DNA of 64,000 nucleotides from a virus: the IMG/VR virus record IMGVR_UViG_3300028920_000035, positions 32,001 through 96,000 of that record; one strand, 5' to 3'. Each line of letters opens with the position of its first letter. Positions within the stretch are counted from its first letter, which is position 1. A model generated the notes under the pieces. The model was given only the letters and a program-made list of their open reading frames with translations. It did no database searches and was not told where the DNA came from. The translations under genes and the position numbers were made by a program. Of this stretch, positions 38,501 to 48,518 are shown in pieces.

Positions 38501-41500
38501 TACCTCTGGTTCACCAACCAGTTCGATACCTGGGTGAAGGTGAGTGCTAACTTCGCGTCAGTCACGTCTTTGGGAGCAAGTGACACTTCTGCCCGTCTTG
38601 CGTATGACGACGGACCAGGCAATCGCTATGGCGACAGCGAAGGCCGCGTGTACATCACCAATAGTACTGTCATCGAACGGTACGTTCCCAGCACGGACGC
38701 CTTGGATGGTACCTTCGACCCCAGTGGCGGATCTTCAGAAGATTTGAGGGGCATTACTGTTGACACCATCAACGGTCGGGTTTGGACGATCTATGATGAT
38801 GCAGAAACTTATCGGCTAACGTCCTTCGATTGCGAGACTCTGGGTGCCAATCAACGTTCGGTCAGCGTTGCCTCCTATGTATTTTCCCTCAACTACATCC
38901 TAGACATTCTGTACGCAGATGGCTTTTGCTACGTACTATTGTACGGGTTTTCCGGAGGGATCCTTTTAAAGGTTCAGGACACCGGTTCGGCACTGAATAT
39001 CGTCGATTCCCTGACTGATACCGTCAGCGACATTGATACCTACATCCCTTGGTATCGCCAGTTGGCGGTGCTTAATGGGTATGTGTACTACCCGTCGAAT
39101 AACAGTAGTTCGCAACCAGTGCTCATGCGGACGGACGTCGCGTCCCTAGGGACCCCTACAGAGGTTGACCTTGGCGTTGGCCTCAACTGGGCAGAATGGC
39201 CCGTTAACGTAGCGGCATCCAATAGCGATACTGTGCCCGACAAGCTCTACTTCAAGATCGATCCTGACGAGTCGTTTGAGCTTGATATTCTCAATCCGGG
39301 GGGCAACGAGAAGCTGCACTTCAGAAGCTTGGCGTCAGTCCTTGGGACCTTTGTTTGGGATTTTGACTCCAGCACGGTAATGTCGGACCCGGGAACCACT
39401 GATTTCCGGTTCAACAATTCCAACTGGGCATCAGCTACCCAGCTTGCTCTTGACGACCAGGTGCTCACTCATGGCACCTTCCTAGACGTAGGTCGTCTCG
39501 TCCAGAACTGGGTAGAGGGTGATCGTCTCCTGGTTCGATCAGTGGACAACAACTCTAACCGGTATGGGATTTTCGAAATCGGTGCAGGTGGTCCCATGGA
39601 CCAAGGCGGTTGGTGGCTCATCCCGGTCTCTCATCTGCAAGGTTCCACATTCACGGCATCGTTCAATGAGAGGTTCTTCTTCTACCGTACTTCAGCAGGC
39701 AATGGTGGGGGTGGTGGTCCCGGTTCAGATACGACGGCTATTCACAGGGATACCTCGGCCGAGATCTCGACCATCACAGAAAAAACTACTCCGGCTGGGA
39801 CCGACCTTCTCATCATCGAGGACAGCGCCGCCGCAAATGCTAAAAAGCGGGTTCAGATCGCTAACTTGCCCAGTTCAGGAGGAGCTGACCCAGTATTCGG
39901 AGGCAACTCTGCCCTTCGCGCCTCTGATACCTATTCGGGGCGAATTCACAAGCTTCAGGGTGGCGGGTTTGACCTGACGGGGGGCGAGCCCCGAAGCATC
40001 GTTGTCGACTATGGGATAGCTTTCAGTGTCTGCCCTGTGGGGGGTCCCAACGGGCGAGGGACCATCGTAGGATTTTTCCTAGGGGTCAAATTCGATGGCT
40101 CACTCAATGCTGGGTTTGAGTTCCCAACTCAAGCCGAAGGCCCTGTCGACCTCATCAAAGACCCTTCGAATGCACCGGGCGCCGAGTTCTACGTAGCGTG
40201 CTCGACCACTGGAACCGTCAAGTACTGTACTGTCTTACGTTGGTTCCCTGAGCCGGTTTCCACCACTGCGGGTGCCGTCACTGTCAATAGCACCTGGTCC
40301 GTTGGGACCAACCCATCACGCTTGATCCGATGCAACACACACCTCGCGGTTTTGTGCAACGGGTCCATTCACAGGATCATCGACATCCACTTAGGCCCCT
40401 TCGTCGTGACCCAGGATTCAATAGCCGTCACGGGTGCTGTTTGGGAAGATGCCATCTATGACGGCAACTACCTTTGGGCACTTGACTCGAATGCCAACTT
40501 GCTTCGGAAGATCGACATTAACGGCAGTACAATGTCCGAAGTCAGCTCAGTGTCCGTGACGACCATTACAGGTAAGGGTAACCTGGCTTTCGACGGGGCT
40601 GCCATCTGGCACTGTAGGGGGGAGAGTTCGTTTCTGGAACGAGTGGACGTTGCAAGTGGATCCGTAACCTCCCTGTCTATAGGTGACATTGGCAGTTACA
40701 GTTCTCGTGCGGTCGCGTTCGATGGGGAGGCCCTGTGGGTCTACACGTCGACTCCCTCCCCTGGCGAGGCGGTGTTCACAGTTGACCCCATTTCAGGGCA
40801 GGTTCGTGAGCGGGAAGTTACGGGGGCCACTGCTTTCGACACCTCATACCGGCATATTGGAATGAGCCTCGGTCGAGGCCAGGTCACTTTTATGTCGCGG
40901 GCATCCGTGCGCACATTCCGTCGAACTGGAGGGTACATCTCTAATGCAGACGCTTTGCTCATCGGTCATGTGGGGCGTGTTTTCACGGGGTTCGGACCCC
41001 TACGCATTCGTGATGGGGATACTCATGATTTGATTGCTGAGGCTCCCAATCTTCGATTCCTACTTTTACAGGACGACGTCACCTCTCCGACGACTTTCAA
41101 GTTTCCTGTGGGCTGGACGTTCCACCCCACCCAGCCGACGGGTGTATCAGAGGCCAACCCAGGCTTCCTCTTCATGTACCGCCCAGCAGACGCCTCCGGA
41201 GAGATCACGATTAACGGGTACCATGCGTCTGGGCCGGCCTTCTTCGATTCTACGGAGACCCTTGCCCCTGGTGAGGTGGCGTTGGTGTTCGAACACCAGA
41301 ATCCGGTGACCCAAGCGGATCGGGTGATGTGGAAGATCCCTGACGCTGGATCGGACGTCCCGAACACCGTCACAGTCGACGCTGGGTTTTCCAGTAAGAG
41401 TGCCTGGAACCCCACCGGATGGGGATCAGCGGAGTTCGTTCGCATTACCTCCGGCGCCGCTGTCGACATCAGCGGTTGGTATTCTGAGGTCACCCACTAC

Positions 41501-41668
41501 CGCAAAAAGTTGGTCAACGTTGGGTCTTTTGCCATCACTTTGAAGCATGCAACGGGGCCCACCGCCTATCAAATGCTCATCACAGGGAGTGCCGACCTCG
41601 TGCTCCAGCCCAACGACATGGTCGACATCACTCGGGATGTTTCCAGCCTCAGGTGGAGGGTCGGGTAA
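35510..41668 (+). CDS. Long mosaic tail fibre / receptor-binding protein (2052 aa) with about three beta-propeller-like regions
   Basis: Repeated YLW/aromatic blade patterns and Gly linkers. N- and C-terminal domains are shared with 26451..27725. Confidence 0.7.
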   Translation: MAISLIKFTQGTNTDAAGHALLGTIAGGPVTVENGGDNTNTLSWRIELLYAPPESGMPTGVVASNANDANPTFAFTPDATGCYRFRLTVWTGVSYSGTQNVDIRNFAVPLSEKIVQPPYQTHPPTLPIQGSGYPGEKPDELNFGGQPYGWAGDDDPTRKLLHQQLAELNELVARVPAVTNDAILAAVSNIQMSVPLKMNFDDAGNIWVGDGNLLDNTDPTNGVISGPTIPSPTLSRAWTYPQVSDAHQRTIAAVYSPVTDTIFAVRYIGQGTHIHELTKTSPITEVRPPVDLLTTSDARNIITGGGYLWVASLNQVWRVNPSTYYTGGIDVVADGSSTTPAGYNDGALLFIEDTIFGDGFGRFFYTTASDGGIHRFHSDTLVHEASFTMPDTPAYEVAPPAYDPTKGRIGVVYDGSSTGINFVTFDADTLGDNLRSIDLSSYGQQYFSVAYEPVSDTYWIYAYNLANQNGAIIRVQDTGSALVYVDTLDLGVTASDYYPPYYPQLTTYDGYVWVVCLEKLYASTRAYRFLRIDPQTDVVFQIPINSRTYWRAPTLRGDVEGSLDNAVVTRIRGVDGVDWGTAWTTSLKQDGMVPMVHSGRGTISPTFLPATQQSSATGSLFQYQSNDDHQGWTIRRDSGVGGWTAQLRPSYAVVSGSIADSPQRMYMTDVSGRIGNDDHLAANRSGVIDPTAGGANSSYRIYGVTGIGRSPQFGTDSFRMKTAYESVELTWSPDHDGWVITNRYRPWEDVVRPNPVNPSTIMVNSGKAVVHVDTRTAGQSVALASTLMSHDDWVIIKDSYGNAAANNITVDGGPHLIDGVAQVTIDQDYGCYIFRYDAQGDDDAGSWEVLANVGAGGGSGSSDELPYPLPTEERVLRGGPLAVNSLYYVSTDGVDLWLGQSQLVTQDPNGEKNNYLRTRGDGTFTEVGDPLTGTMSEWATVMVLYEPTLDQMVAVQYDTDSNALRLAPLSRTTPAVLGTSTLIAPLFCPTDGVAGGGYLWFTNQFDTWVKVSANFASVTSLGASDTSARLAYDDGPGNRYGDSEGRVYITNSTVIERYVPSTDALDGTFDPSGGSSEDLRGITVDTINGRVWTIYDDAETYRLTSFDCETLGANQRSVSVASYVFSLNYILDILYADGFCYVLLYGFSGGILLKVQDTGSALNIVDSLTDTVSDIDTYIPWYRQLAVLNGYVYYPSNNSSSQPVLMRTDVASLGTPTEVDLGVGLNWAEWPVNVAASNSDTVPDKLYFKIDPDESFELDILNPGGNEKLHFRSLASVLGTFVWDFDSSTVMSDPGTTDFRFNNSNWASATQLALDDQVLTHGTFLDVGRLVQNWVEGDRLLVRSVDNNSNRYGIFEIGAGGPMDQGGWWLIPVSHLQGSTFTASFNERFFFYRTSAGNGGGGGPGSDTTAIHRDTSAEISTITEKTTPAGTDLLIIEDSAAANAKKRVQIANLPSSGGADPVFGGNSALRASDTYSGRIHKLQGGGFDLTGGEPRSIVVDYGIAFSVCPVGGPNGRGTIVGFFLGVKFDGSLNAGFEFPTQAEGPVDLIKDPSNAPGAEFYVACSTTGTVKYCTVLRWFPEPVSTTAGAVTVNSTWSVGTNPSRLIRCNTHLAVLCNGSIHRIIDIHLGPFVVTQDSIAVTGAVWEDAIYDGNYLWALDSNANLLRKIDINGSTMSEVSSVSVTTITGKGNLAFDGAAIWHCRGESSFLERVDVASGSVTSLSIGDIGSYSSRAVAFDGEALWVYTSTPSPGEAVFTVDPISGQVREREVTGATAFDTSYRHIGMSLGRGQVTFMSRASVRTFRRTGGYISNADALLIGHVGRVFTGFGPLRIRDGDTHDLIAEAPNLRFLLLQDDVTSPTTFKFPVGWTFHPTQPTGVSEANPGFLFMYRPADASGEITINGYHASGPAFFDSTETLAPGEVALVFEHQNPVTQADRVMWKIPDAGSDVPNTVTVDAGFSSKSAWNPTGWGSAEFVRITSGAAVDISGWYSEVTHYRKKLVNVGSFAITLKHATGPTAYQMLITGSADLVLQPNDMVDITRDVSSLRWRVG

Positions 41669-41671
41669 CCT

Positions 41672-43081
41672 ATGGCTGGTTCCCAACCCTGGGGTGGGGC
41701 AACGAGCGCTGACATCACGGCCGTTGTCCATGAAGACATGACGATCAGCGAAGGACTGATCGTCTTGCCGGCGGTCGCCGAGCCTGAGCTGTACCCGTCG
41801 GAGACCCCAGGTGGTTGGGGTGGCAAGCTAGGCAGTGGCTGGGGTGGTGCATACCAAGTTCTGCTGACCGAGGTTGGCCTCGGGGACACACTGCTCCTTT
41901 CCGAGTCCCTGTCCATTGACTTCCCGTTGGCAGTCATCGGAGCCACTCCCCTCAGCCCCTACGCAGTGAGGGTCCAGTTCAGTCAGGTTCTCGACCCTTC
42001 CTGGGCACCTAACTACGATCCGGTCAACTACACCCTCAACCCGTTCCTGACGGTCCACGAGGTCTTGCCCGGACTCAACCCCGCGGCGGTCATCCTCATC
42101 ACGAGCCCCCAGCAGCCGACGCTGTATGCGCTGACGGTTTCTGATGCGCGGTCCCTCAGCGACTCCCTCGGGCCGCAGAACACAGCGTCATTCCTGGGCT
42201 TCCCCGTTGCACCGAGTTTCATCGCAGCGGCCCAGAGCACTTCCAAACTGGCCGTCTGGTTCAGCGTGCCGATGCGAGTCGATGCCGAGTTCTCTGCCCC
42301 CGAGAACTACATCGTCACCGACTTGAAGGGGAATCGTCTCTTCGTGGTGTCGGCAACTCCCTCGGGCCCAGACCCTATTTCGCGCGTTGATCTGGAGCTG
42401 ATGCCCGCCTATGAGTTCGAGCCCCTCGACTACTATGCGGTCCAGGTGCTGCCCAATGTCATCAGCTTGCAGGGGGCCACCTGTACGCCAGACACCCAGG
42501 TTTTTCAGTGGCGCGAACACCTGTGGGCGGCCAAGGGAGTCGGGCCCATCAACATTCCCATTGCGAGCTTCAGCGGTGAGGTCGAGGGCGGGTTGCTGGG
42601 GCAGCCCGCAGGACAGATTTTCTTCAGTCCAGCGCTGGAGCAGCCAATTGCCAACTCCACGCTCGAAGTGGACGAGGTGTCTCTCTGCACCCGAGCTTTT
42701 GACGTCTACGAGATGCCGCCTCAAGTGCCGGACCCCGTGCCACTCAGAACTTGGGGCGGGTCGGTAGAGACTCACCTCGTTGGTGGAACCAACGTAGGGG
42801 TGCTCTACGCGCCCGCTGAGCACATGGGCGAGGTACGTCTGACCTTAGCTGATCTGCGTCAAGAGACGATGCCAGCGCCCGTCGACGGGCCCTCGACGGG
42901 CATTCTGGAAGAGCCTATCGACATCTTGAAGGGCGGCTTCCTCAACGACCCACGCTGGGGTTTGGCAGACGGAGTGCTTCCCGACCCCAGCCTTGGCACC
43001 TACCCCGCCGCCTTCCACACCATCGACAACTTGACCCCAGTAGGCCCCGGCTCCACGACCAACATTACCCTTCAGCCGTGA
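41672..43081 (+). CDS. Ig-like domain structural protein, short paralog of the 2347-aa protein
   Basis: GGWGG N-terminal motif, two acidic repeats (EDMTISE, DTLLLSE), and two V.FS.......P.NY Big-like domains. Confidence 0.6.
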   Translation: MAGSQPWGGATSADITAVVHEDMTISEGLIVLPAVAEPELYPSETPGGWGGKLGSGWGGAYQVLLTEVGLGDTLLLSESLSIDFPLAVIGATPLSPYAVRVQFSQVLDPSWAPNYDPVNYTLNPFLTVHEVLPGLNPAAVILITSPQQPTLYALTVSDARSLSDSLGPQNTASFLGFPVAPSFIAAAQSTSKLAVWFSVPMRVDAEFSAPENYIVTDLKGNRLFVVSATPSGPDPISRVDLELMPAYEFEPLDYYAVQVLPNVISLQGATCTPDTQVFQWREHLWAAKGVGPINIPIASFSGEVEGGLLGQPAGQIFFSPALEQPIANSTLEVDEVSLCTRAFDVYEMPPQVPDPVPLRTWGGSVETHLVGGTNVGVLYAPAEHMGEVRLTLADLRQETMPAPVDGPSTGILEEPIDILKGGFLNDPRWGLADGVLPDPSLGTYPAAFHTIDNLTPVGPGSTTNITLQP

Positions 43082-43091
43082 TTCCTCTTAT
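43079..43091 (+). promoter_or_regulatory. Putative phage late-promoter motif (TGATTCCTCTTAT)
   Basis: Intergenic. 12/13 identical to the copy at 56272. Confidence 0.45.
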
Positions 43092-43128
43092 TGGGTCCGT
43101 TTAAGGACACCCCAGAGGAGAATGAAGG

Positions 43129-43791
43129 ATGAAGATTGACAAGGGGCTGATCCGTCGCGAGCACTTCAAGCCGCCCGCCAATGCCTTGAAGCTCGGACTC
43201 GGCGCCCATCACGAGGACCACTATCCTCGAAGTAGCATCCGGGGCGACGTGATTATGTGGCTGCGGGACGGGAAGACCGGCGAGTTACAAGAAGAGCGTG
43301 TGCATCGCAACTTGGTGGTTCGCGACGCCAGCATCCTGATTGCTCGTCTGCTAAAGGATTCCCAGGAGGCTCCCCACGGCGCTTTTGCCTTAGCGATCGG
43401 CACAGGTGACACCGGCTGGGATCCCATGAGTCCACCAGCTGCGACAGACACCCAGCGGTCCCTTTATGGTGAGCTGACCCGCAAGACCTTCACCTCAACC
43501 GAGTTCATCGACTCTGGGGGTAGTCCGACCGCAATCGCGACCAACGTCGTTGACTTTACGACGACCTTTACTGAGTCGGAAGCAGTGGGCCCCCTTGTCG
43601 AGATGGGCCTCATCGGTGGCAACGTCGACTCGAACATGAGCGTGCAAAAGCCGGTCACTCCACCCAACGGAGCCTACGACCCTCTGGTGGACCTGGCCCA
43701 GTACGACACCCTCATAAACTACCTTGTATTTCCAGTAATCAACAAACCAGCAACGAGCACTTTCACCATTACGTGGCGCTTGAGTTTTTAA
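43129..43791 (+). CDS. Tail collar / fibre-anchor-like protein, paralog of 25236..25781
   Basis: NLVVRDAS...LAIGTG...ATDTQRSLYGELTRK...EAVGPLVEMGL...INK..TSTFTITWRLSF. Confidence 0.7.
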   Translation: MKIDKGLIRREHFKPPANALKLGLGAHHEDHYPRSSIRGDVIMWLRDGKTGELQEERVHRNLVVRDASILIARLLKDSQEAPHGAFALAIGTGDTGWDPMSPPAATDTQRSLYGELTRKTFTSTEFIDSGGSPTAIATNVVDFTTTFTESEAVGPLVEMGLIGGNVDSNMSVQKPVTPPNGAYDPLVDLAQYDTLINYLVFPVINKPATSTFTITWRLSF

Positions 43792-43809
43792 GCAGGTAGG
43801 AGGGCCGCC

Positions 43810-46383
43810 TTGGCAGTCAAAGAGTACGGAACCGGTGTCAGTGGTTATCTCGACCCAGAGGGTCGGAACTGGGAGACTGTTGTCTACCAGGCTGGTAAAC
43901 CGGTCATTGACACTGAGCAGAACCTGATACAGGACTCCATCCAGAATCAGGCTCGCAAGAATGGGCCACCTTCTGGTTGGCTGATGCCGGAGGTTTTGGA
44001 CCGTTTGGACCAGTCGGTGGTGATCAGCAGCGCTACAGCCAACGAGCTGGAGCTCGACCCTCTGGATGCCTATGTGAATGGGTGGCGGATTCGGGTGACT
44101 GACACCACGACGACGGGCTCGAACGTGCTCGACCTGGGCGCGGGGCCCACGGGTGCCGGCGGCAAGCGGTTTGACCTCGTGGTGTTGGAAGTGTGGCGGC
44201 GCGTGCTCATCGCGGCTCCCTCGCCGAATGGTAAGAGTCCTGCTGGGTACATCTGGCGATTCGGCAACGTCAAGGCGACCGACCAGGACGCCACCCTCAA
44301 CCATGTAGACGACATTCAGGACCCCAACGTCGCCGCGCCCACGACCAAGCGTGTCCAGATCCAATACCGCCTGCGCGTCATCCAGGATGTGGACCTGTGG
44401 TCGTACCCATGGGGTGTAGGCGACCCGGCAGTGCCAGCTCAGACGGTTCCGCCCGATCCCAGCACTCCTGACGGCAACGCCACGGCATTCACGTACACGA
44501 ATCAATCGGTAGTGGGTGACCCAGGGTTGTGGCGCGCGGGGGACGGCAACCCCGCCAACGGTTTGGGGACCGTGGACGGGTACATCTATGCGCTCCCTCT
44601 GATGGCGGTGGCTCGGCGCAACGACGCTGCGTTTGACCGGATCTCGAATCACAACGGAGGCGTGCCCACGCCAGGGCCCTCGGACCGCCCGGACGGGCTG
44701 CTCAACGACATCATCGACCCTCGGGACGTCATTGATCTCCGCACGGCGGTGAGCCATCAGGGATGGAGCTACCATGAACTGCTCCAGAAAAACTTTCACT
44801 GGTTGCTCGACAACGCCCTTCGTGGCGAGGTAGGGGAAACTCTGCTTGGCGGCGGGGCCCAAGGGGCAAACCTCCTGACGGCGGTCGAAATCGGGCTCAG
44901 CAATGCCAACGGCGGCGCTCCCCCGGCGACGGGTGACACGGCGGGAGCCGACTTCATAGCCGAGTTTGATGGGGTTCGGCGCACGTTCAGCGACCAGCCG
45001 ATCGTCGAAACCGTGTGGTTACGGTACGGCCCCTCGGACTTTGGCTACGGGGCAACCTGGCCCGCGACCGATTTCACCATCACCGTCACGCCAACGACGA
45101 ATTTCATCCCTGAAGGGCACTCCCTCTTCAACTGGGCGGCCCACGTGCCTCCCACAACCAGCGTCCTGAGTGTCGAGTCTGTTCTCACCGACGGCCTGAA
45201 CCCGCCGCCTACAATGATGATCTCAGGGGTCGGGACCGTACCTCAAGCAAACCTTTCCCTGCGCTTCCCAAATGGGATTACGTCAGGGGGCACCCACGAC
45301 CTCATGCTGAAAGTCGTGGTGGCCTACCCCGCGGGCATCGGCATGGTGGTCCACCCTAGCCGACTCTTTGGGTCGGACGGCTTCATCTGGAACAATCCAG
45401 GTTCGCTACCAGCCGACTATGAGGGTGACGAGGTGAAAGACATCGACATCCCACACCGAGGCGTTCGGTACGAGTACCGGACAGTGACCTTGACCAAGAC
45501 CTACAATGTGCTGGGAAATCCCAGTGGCTACTACGAGGACTTTGATAGCGCCCGAGACGTTCCGCTGTTCGATCGCATCGAGTCCGTATCGAGCGTGACC
45601 ATCGACGCGGCGCCCTACGTGGGTAGCATCGAGATTCGTAACTCGAACCAGACCATCCGCTTGGACCCCGCGTCGGTTGGGCTTGGGCAGACCGTGGTCA
45701 CCCAGTTCAAGGCAATTCGGCCAATGCAGCAGGTTGGCGCCCAACTGACGGTCTTCTACGAAACCGTGCCGATGCAGACGGTACGAGAGGCACTGTCGGG
45801 GACGAGTCTCAAGCTCACCCCCCGCTATGTGTCGCCCGAGCTGTACGTCCTGGTGGCAGGCACATCATCGTTGGGGGAGGGCTACCCCTTCCCCTCGCAA
45901 GCCACCCAGAGCGGAGGCGTCTACCCCACTTCAGGGGGCAGCCCCGTGGGGGACCATCACCTCCGTGCGGGGCCTCGGTTTGCGACCCAATCGTTCGACG
46001 CCGACACTGGCTTCGGCAAGGTGCTAGCCACCGTACCAATGGTAGCCAACCCCGAAGAGTTGGAAATCCAGCGGGATCCTGGTGACCGAGACGGCGAGGG
46101 CCGTGTCTTTTACAAGACGGTTCCGGCGGGGTACCTCCCCAGCGCGTTTGGGCCCTCGCTGAGCGACCCAGTTGCGCACAAGGTCCTTCTCCCCATCTTG
46201 GCCGAGCTGCCTGAGGATGGCCCCTTCGGCTACAAGGGACAGCTGGTGCTGGTGACCCTGCAACGATGGGCTCCCAGCTCCTCGGACAATGCGGTGGCCT
46301 TCGACCTCGACCTGGCCTCGAACTGGACGGCGGCTTCGGTTTACCGCCTCAAGGGTAATCCACTGAATGGTAGGGTGGTATGA
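43810..46383 (+). CDS. Baseplate-attached fibre protein (857 aa)
   Basis: TTG start with SD GGAGG. N-terminal DP....ETVVYQAGKPVIDTEQNLIQD is a fibre-attachment-type motif. Paralog of 50421..54449. Confidence 0.65.
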   Translation: MAVKEYGTGVSGYLDPEGRNWETVVYQAGKPVIDTEQNLIQDSIQNQARKNGPPSGWLMPEVLDRLDQSVVISSATANELELDPLDAYVNGWRIRVTDTTTTGSNVLDLGAGPTGAGGKRFDLVVLEVWRRVLIAAPSPNGKSPAGYIWRFGNVKATDQDATLNHVDDIQDPNVAAPTTKRVQIQYRLRVIQDVDLWSYPWGVGDPAVPAQTVPPDPSTPDGNATAFTYTNQSVVGDPGLWRAGDGNPANGLGTVDGYIYALPLMAVARRNDAAFDRISNHNGGVPTPGPSDRPDGLLNDIIDPRDVIDLRTAVSHQGWSYHELLQKNFHWLLDNALRGEVGETLLGGGAQGANLLTAVEIGLSNANGGAPPATGDTAGADFIAEFDGVRRTFSDQPIVETVWLRYGPSDFGYGATWPATDFTITVTPTTNFIPEGHSLFNWAAHVPPTTSVLSVESVLTDGLNPPPTMMISGVGTVPQANLSLRFPNGITSGGTHDLMLKVVVAYPAGIGMVVHPSRLFGSDGFIWNNPGSLPADYEGDEVKDIDIPHRGVRYEYRTVTLTKTYNVLGNPSGYYEDFDSARDVPLFDRIESVSSVTIDAAPYVGSIEIRNSNQTIRLDPASVGLGQTVVTQFKAIRPMQQVGAQLTVFYETVPMQTVREALSGTSLKLTPRYVSPELYVLVAGTSSLGEGYPFPSQATQSGGVYPTSGGSPVGDHHLRAGPRFATQSFDADTGFGKVLATVPMVANPEELEIQRDPGDRDGEGRVFYKTVPAGYLPSAFGPSLSDPVAHKVLLPILAELPEDGPFGYKGQLVLVTLQRWAPSSSDNAVAFDLDLASNWTAASVYRLKGNPLNGRVV

Positions 46384-47060
46384 GCACGATTTACCTCTAC
46401 GACGGGCACACGACCCCAGTAGCTAGCTCACCTCTGGTTGACGTGATCAAGGCGCCGCCTTCGACCCCGGTCGAGATTGGCACGAGCTTCCCCGTCCGCA
46501 TCCCAGAGAATCTTTCGCTGCCTCGTGAGCCGGCGGACGTGTACGACCTGGTGAGTTTGAAGGTTGAAGCTCTGGAGCAGAAGACAGGCTTCGGTGACAG
46601 TCTGTACGAAGATTTCATTGAGAACCCGTCAATCTCGACAGCCTCCCCCGACCTGTATTCGCGGCGTATGGGGGATCGGGTCTCGTTCGCCCTGATGTAC
46701 AACCCAAGTTACGTCTGGAGCACGATCACCAACATTGGCCCAGCCACCCCTGATGTCGTGCAGCTAGAGTTGGACATGTTCCTCCTGACCTACGAGGCGG
46801 ACCCTCTTACCGGGCGAACGCGGAGGATGCTGACGGACGTGTCGGACGAGATCCTTGGCGGTACTGGAGTTCGGGCCCGACTTGATTTCCAAGGCACCCA
46901 AGCTCCCCCCACCGTCTTCACTACTGTCCCGGGGCAGCCTCAAGTCGTCGCGCCTGCATTCCAAGGCTCCGACTTCTCCGTGGGGCTACAAGGGGACTTC
47001 ACACAGCTTTCTGGAAATCCCCTTCACGCCATCATCGGTTTCTGGGGGCTATTTTACTGA
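46380..47060 (+). CDS. Hypothetical virion protein
   Basis: ATGA coupling. Beta-rich and inside the fibre cluster. Confidence 0.6.
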   Translation: MSTIYLYDGHTTPVASSPLVDVIKAPPSTPVEIGTSFPVRIPENLSLPREPADVYDLVSLKVEALEQKTGFGDSLYEDFIENPSISTASPDLYSRRMGDRVSFALMYNPSYVWSTITNIGPATPDVVQLELDMFLLTYEADPLTGRTRRMLTDVSDEILGGTGVRARLDFQGTQAPPTVFTTVPGQPQVVAPAFQGSDFSVGLQGDFTQLSGNPLHAIIGFWGLFY

Positions 47061-47068
47061 GGTGACGC

Positions 47069-48511
47069 ATGCCATCCACTAGGACCCCCACTCAGATCAC
47101 GCCCCGCTCGGGCCAGGCCCCCACCAACACCGTGGATGGGTCAGCCCTGTCGTTCCCTGTTGATGGTGGTGGGAACCATGATGGCCTTTACGCATTGCTG
47201 TCGGGTATCGACGATAAATACCGACGGGCCACGACTCCTTCGTTTGGCATCCCCAACACCCCAGGTTCTGGTGCTGTGTGGACCCGCGATGGTCAAGCCA
47301 TTGAAGCTACACCAGTGGTGGATGATTGGACCGCTAATCGACCCCCTGACCCCTTCCAGTCCTTCTACCGAGTCGGGTTGGCAGGGGACCTTACTGCTAC
47401 AGCGCGAGATCCCTCTCGGCAAGGTGACATGGGATACGTCCTGATGGGGACCTATCGATCTTCCGACAGTGACCCTGATGGTAACGAAAGGTCTACGCTC
47501 AACCAACCCCTAGCAGGGTTTGCCACCCTGAACGTTCGAAGCATCGAAGGCGAAACGGTTGACGGGAACCAGGTACACACGCGGTTCTCCCAGGGTGCAG
47601 CAGCGACCCTGAATCCCGGTGGTTCGCTGCCAGATACCATTGAAATCTCTGCACCCAACTACTTCCGGCACACCAGTGGTAATTCCGCGATTTGCCTTAA
47701 GCACGACATTATCTTGGTGGAGTACCCCGACGGCACAGAGCAAGCATACATTCCATGGTCAATGACCGCGGACAATCGAGTCAGGGTCGCCAACCTAGGC
47801 CAAGGCCCTTACAGCTCAGGGTATCCGGTGTTCCCAAACCCCGACGAGGCGGTCAATATCACCTGGGTCCAACCCCTGTTCGCGGCGGGCGGTGGCGTAT
47901 CAGGTAATGTTTTCGGTGGCAACAACTCCTGGGCCCCTCTGACGGTCATCTACCCCACTCGCATCACAGACGACCTCTTCCCCAGCAATCAACTTCCGGC
48001 CATGCGCATTGTGGGGGAGTCTCCTAGCCGGACAGTTCTTATCGTCGGGCACCATGACCCCTCCTACGCAGGTACCTCTGCTCCTTTCTCGCTCCAAGCA
48101 GATGGGTCCTTGTGGGCGTCAAGGGTCACAGGCATCCTCAATTCCAAAGGGGAGGCTGTTACCGGGATTACAGGAAACTATACGTACACTTTCGCCCTCC
48201 CCGAAGGTGCCTCGTCGGTAGGCCTTAGGTGCAGTGCTGGAGTCGGCACTCCCTTGACCCTTGGGATCAATATCGCAACGACGTCAAACCTCAGCCAAGG
48301 GGACCGGATCGCCGTCACCCTGGACAACCAGAATGGCGCCAATATTACAATAGACTGGGGGTCTATCCTACCTTCTGGTACAGGGTTCCTTTTCAGTGGG
48401 GGCGATGACCAGGCTCTACCAAACGTTCCGGGAGTCTACAAGTGGGAAGGTCTGGTTCATGGGGGGCCTCTAGGGTCCTACACCATTCATATGACCCGAA
48501 CGGACTACTGA
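47069..48511 (+). CDS. Fibre-cluster structural protein (480 aa)
   Basis: SD GAGGTG. Rich in G/P/T with a C-terminal beta domain. Confidence 0.6.
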   Translation: MPSTRTPTQITPRSGQAPTNTVDGSALSFPVDGGGNHDGLYALLSGIDDKYRRATTPSFGIPNTPGSGAVWTRDGQAIEATPVVDDWTANRPPDPFQSFYRVGLAGDLTATARDPSRQGDMGYVLMGTYRSSDSDPDGNERSTLNQPLAGFATLNVRSIEGETVDGNQVHTRFSQGAAATLNPGGSLPDTIEISAPNYFRHTSGNSAICLKHDIILVEYPDGTEQAYIPWSMTADNRVRVANLGQGPYSSGYPVFPNPDEAVNITWVQPLFAAGGGVSGNVFGGNNSWAPLTVIYPTRITDDLFPSNQLPAMRIVGESPSRTVLIVGHHDPSYAGTSAPFSLQADGSLWASRVTGILNSKGEAVTGITGNYTYTFALPEGASSVGLRCSAGVGTPLTLGINIATTSNLSQGDRIAVTLDNQNGANITIDWGSILPSGTGFLFSGGDDQALPNVPGVYKWEGLVHGGPLGSYTIHMTRTDY

Positions 48512-48518
48512 GGACACT

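Noticed and set aside
43495-44862. 455-aa minus-strand ORF and the many other short antisense or alternate-frame ORFs
   Set aside because: They are shadows of well-supported + strand genes, with low-complexity R/S/P or V/D/E translations.
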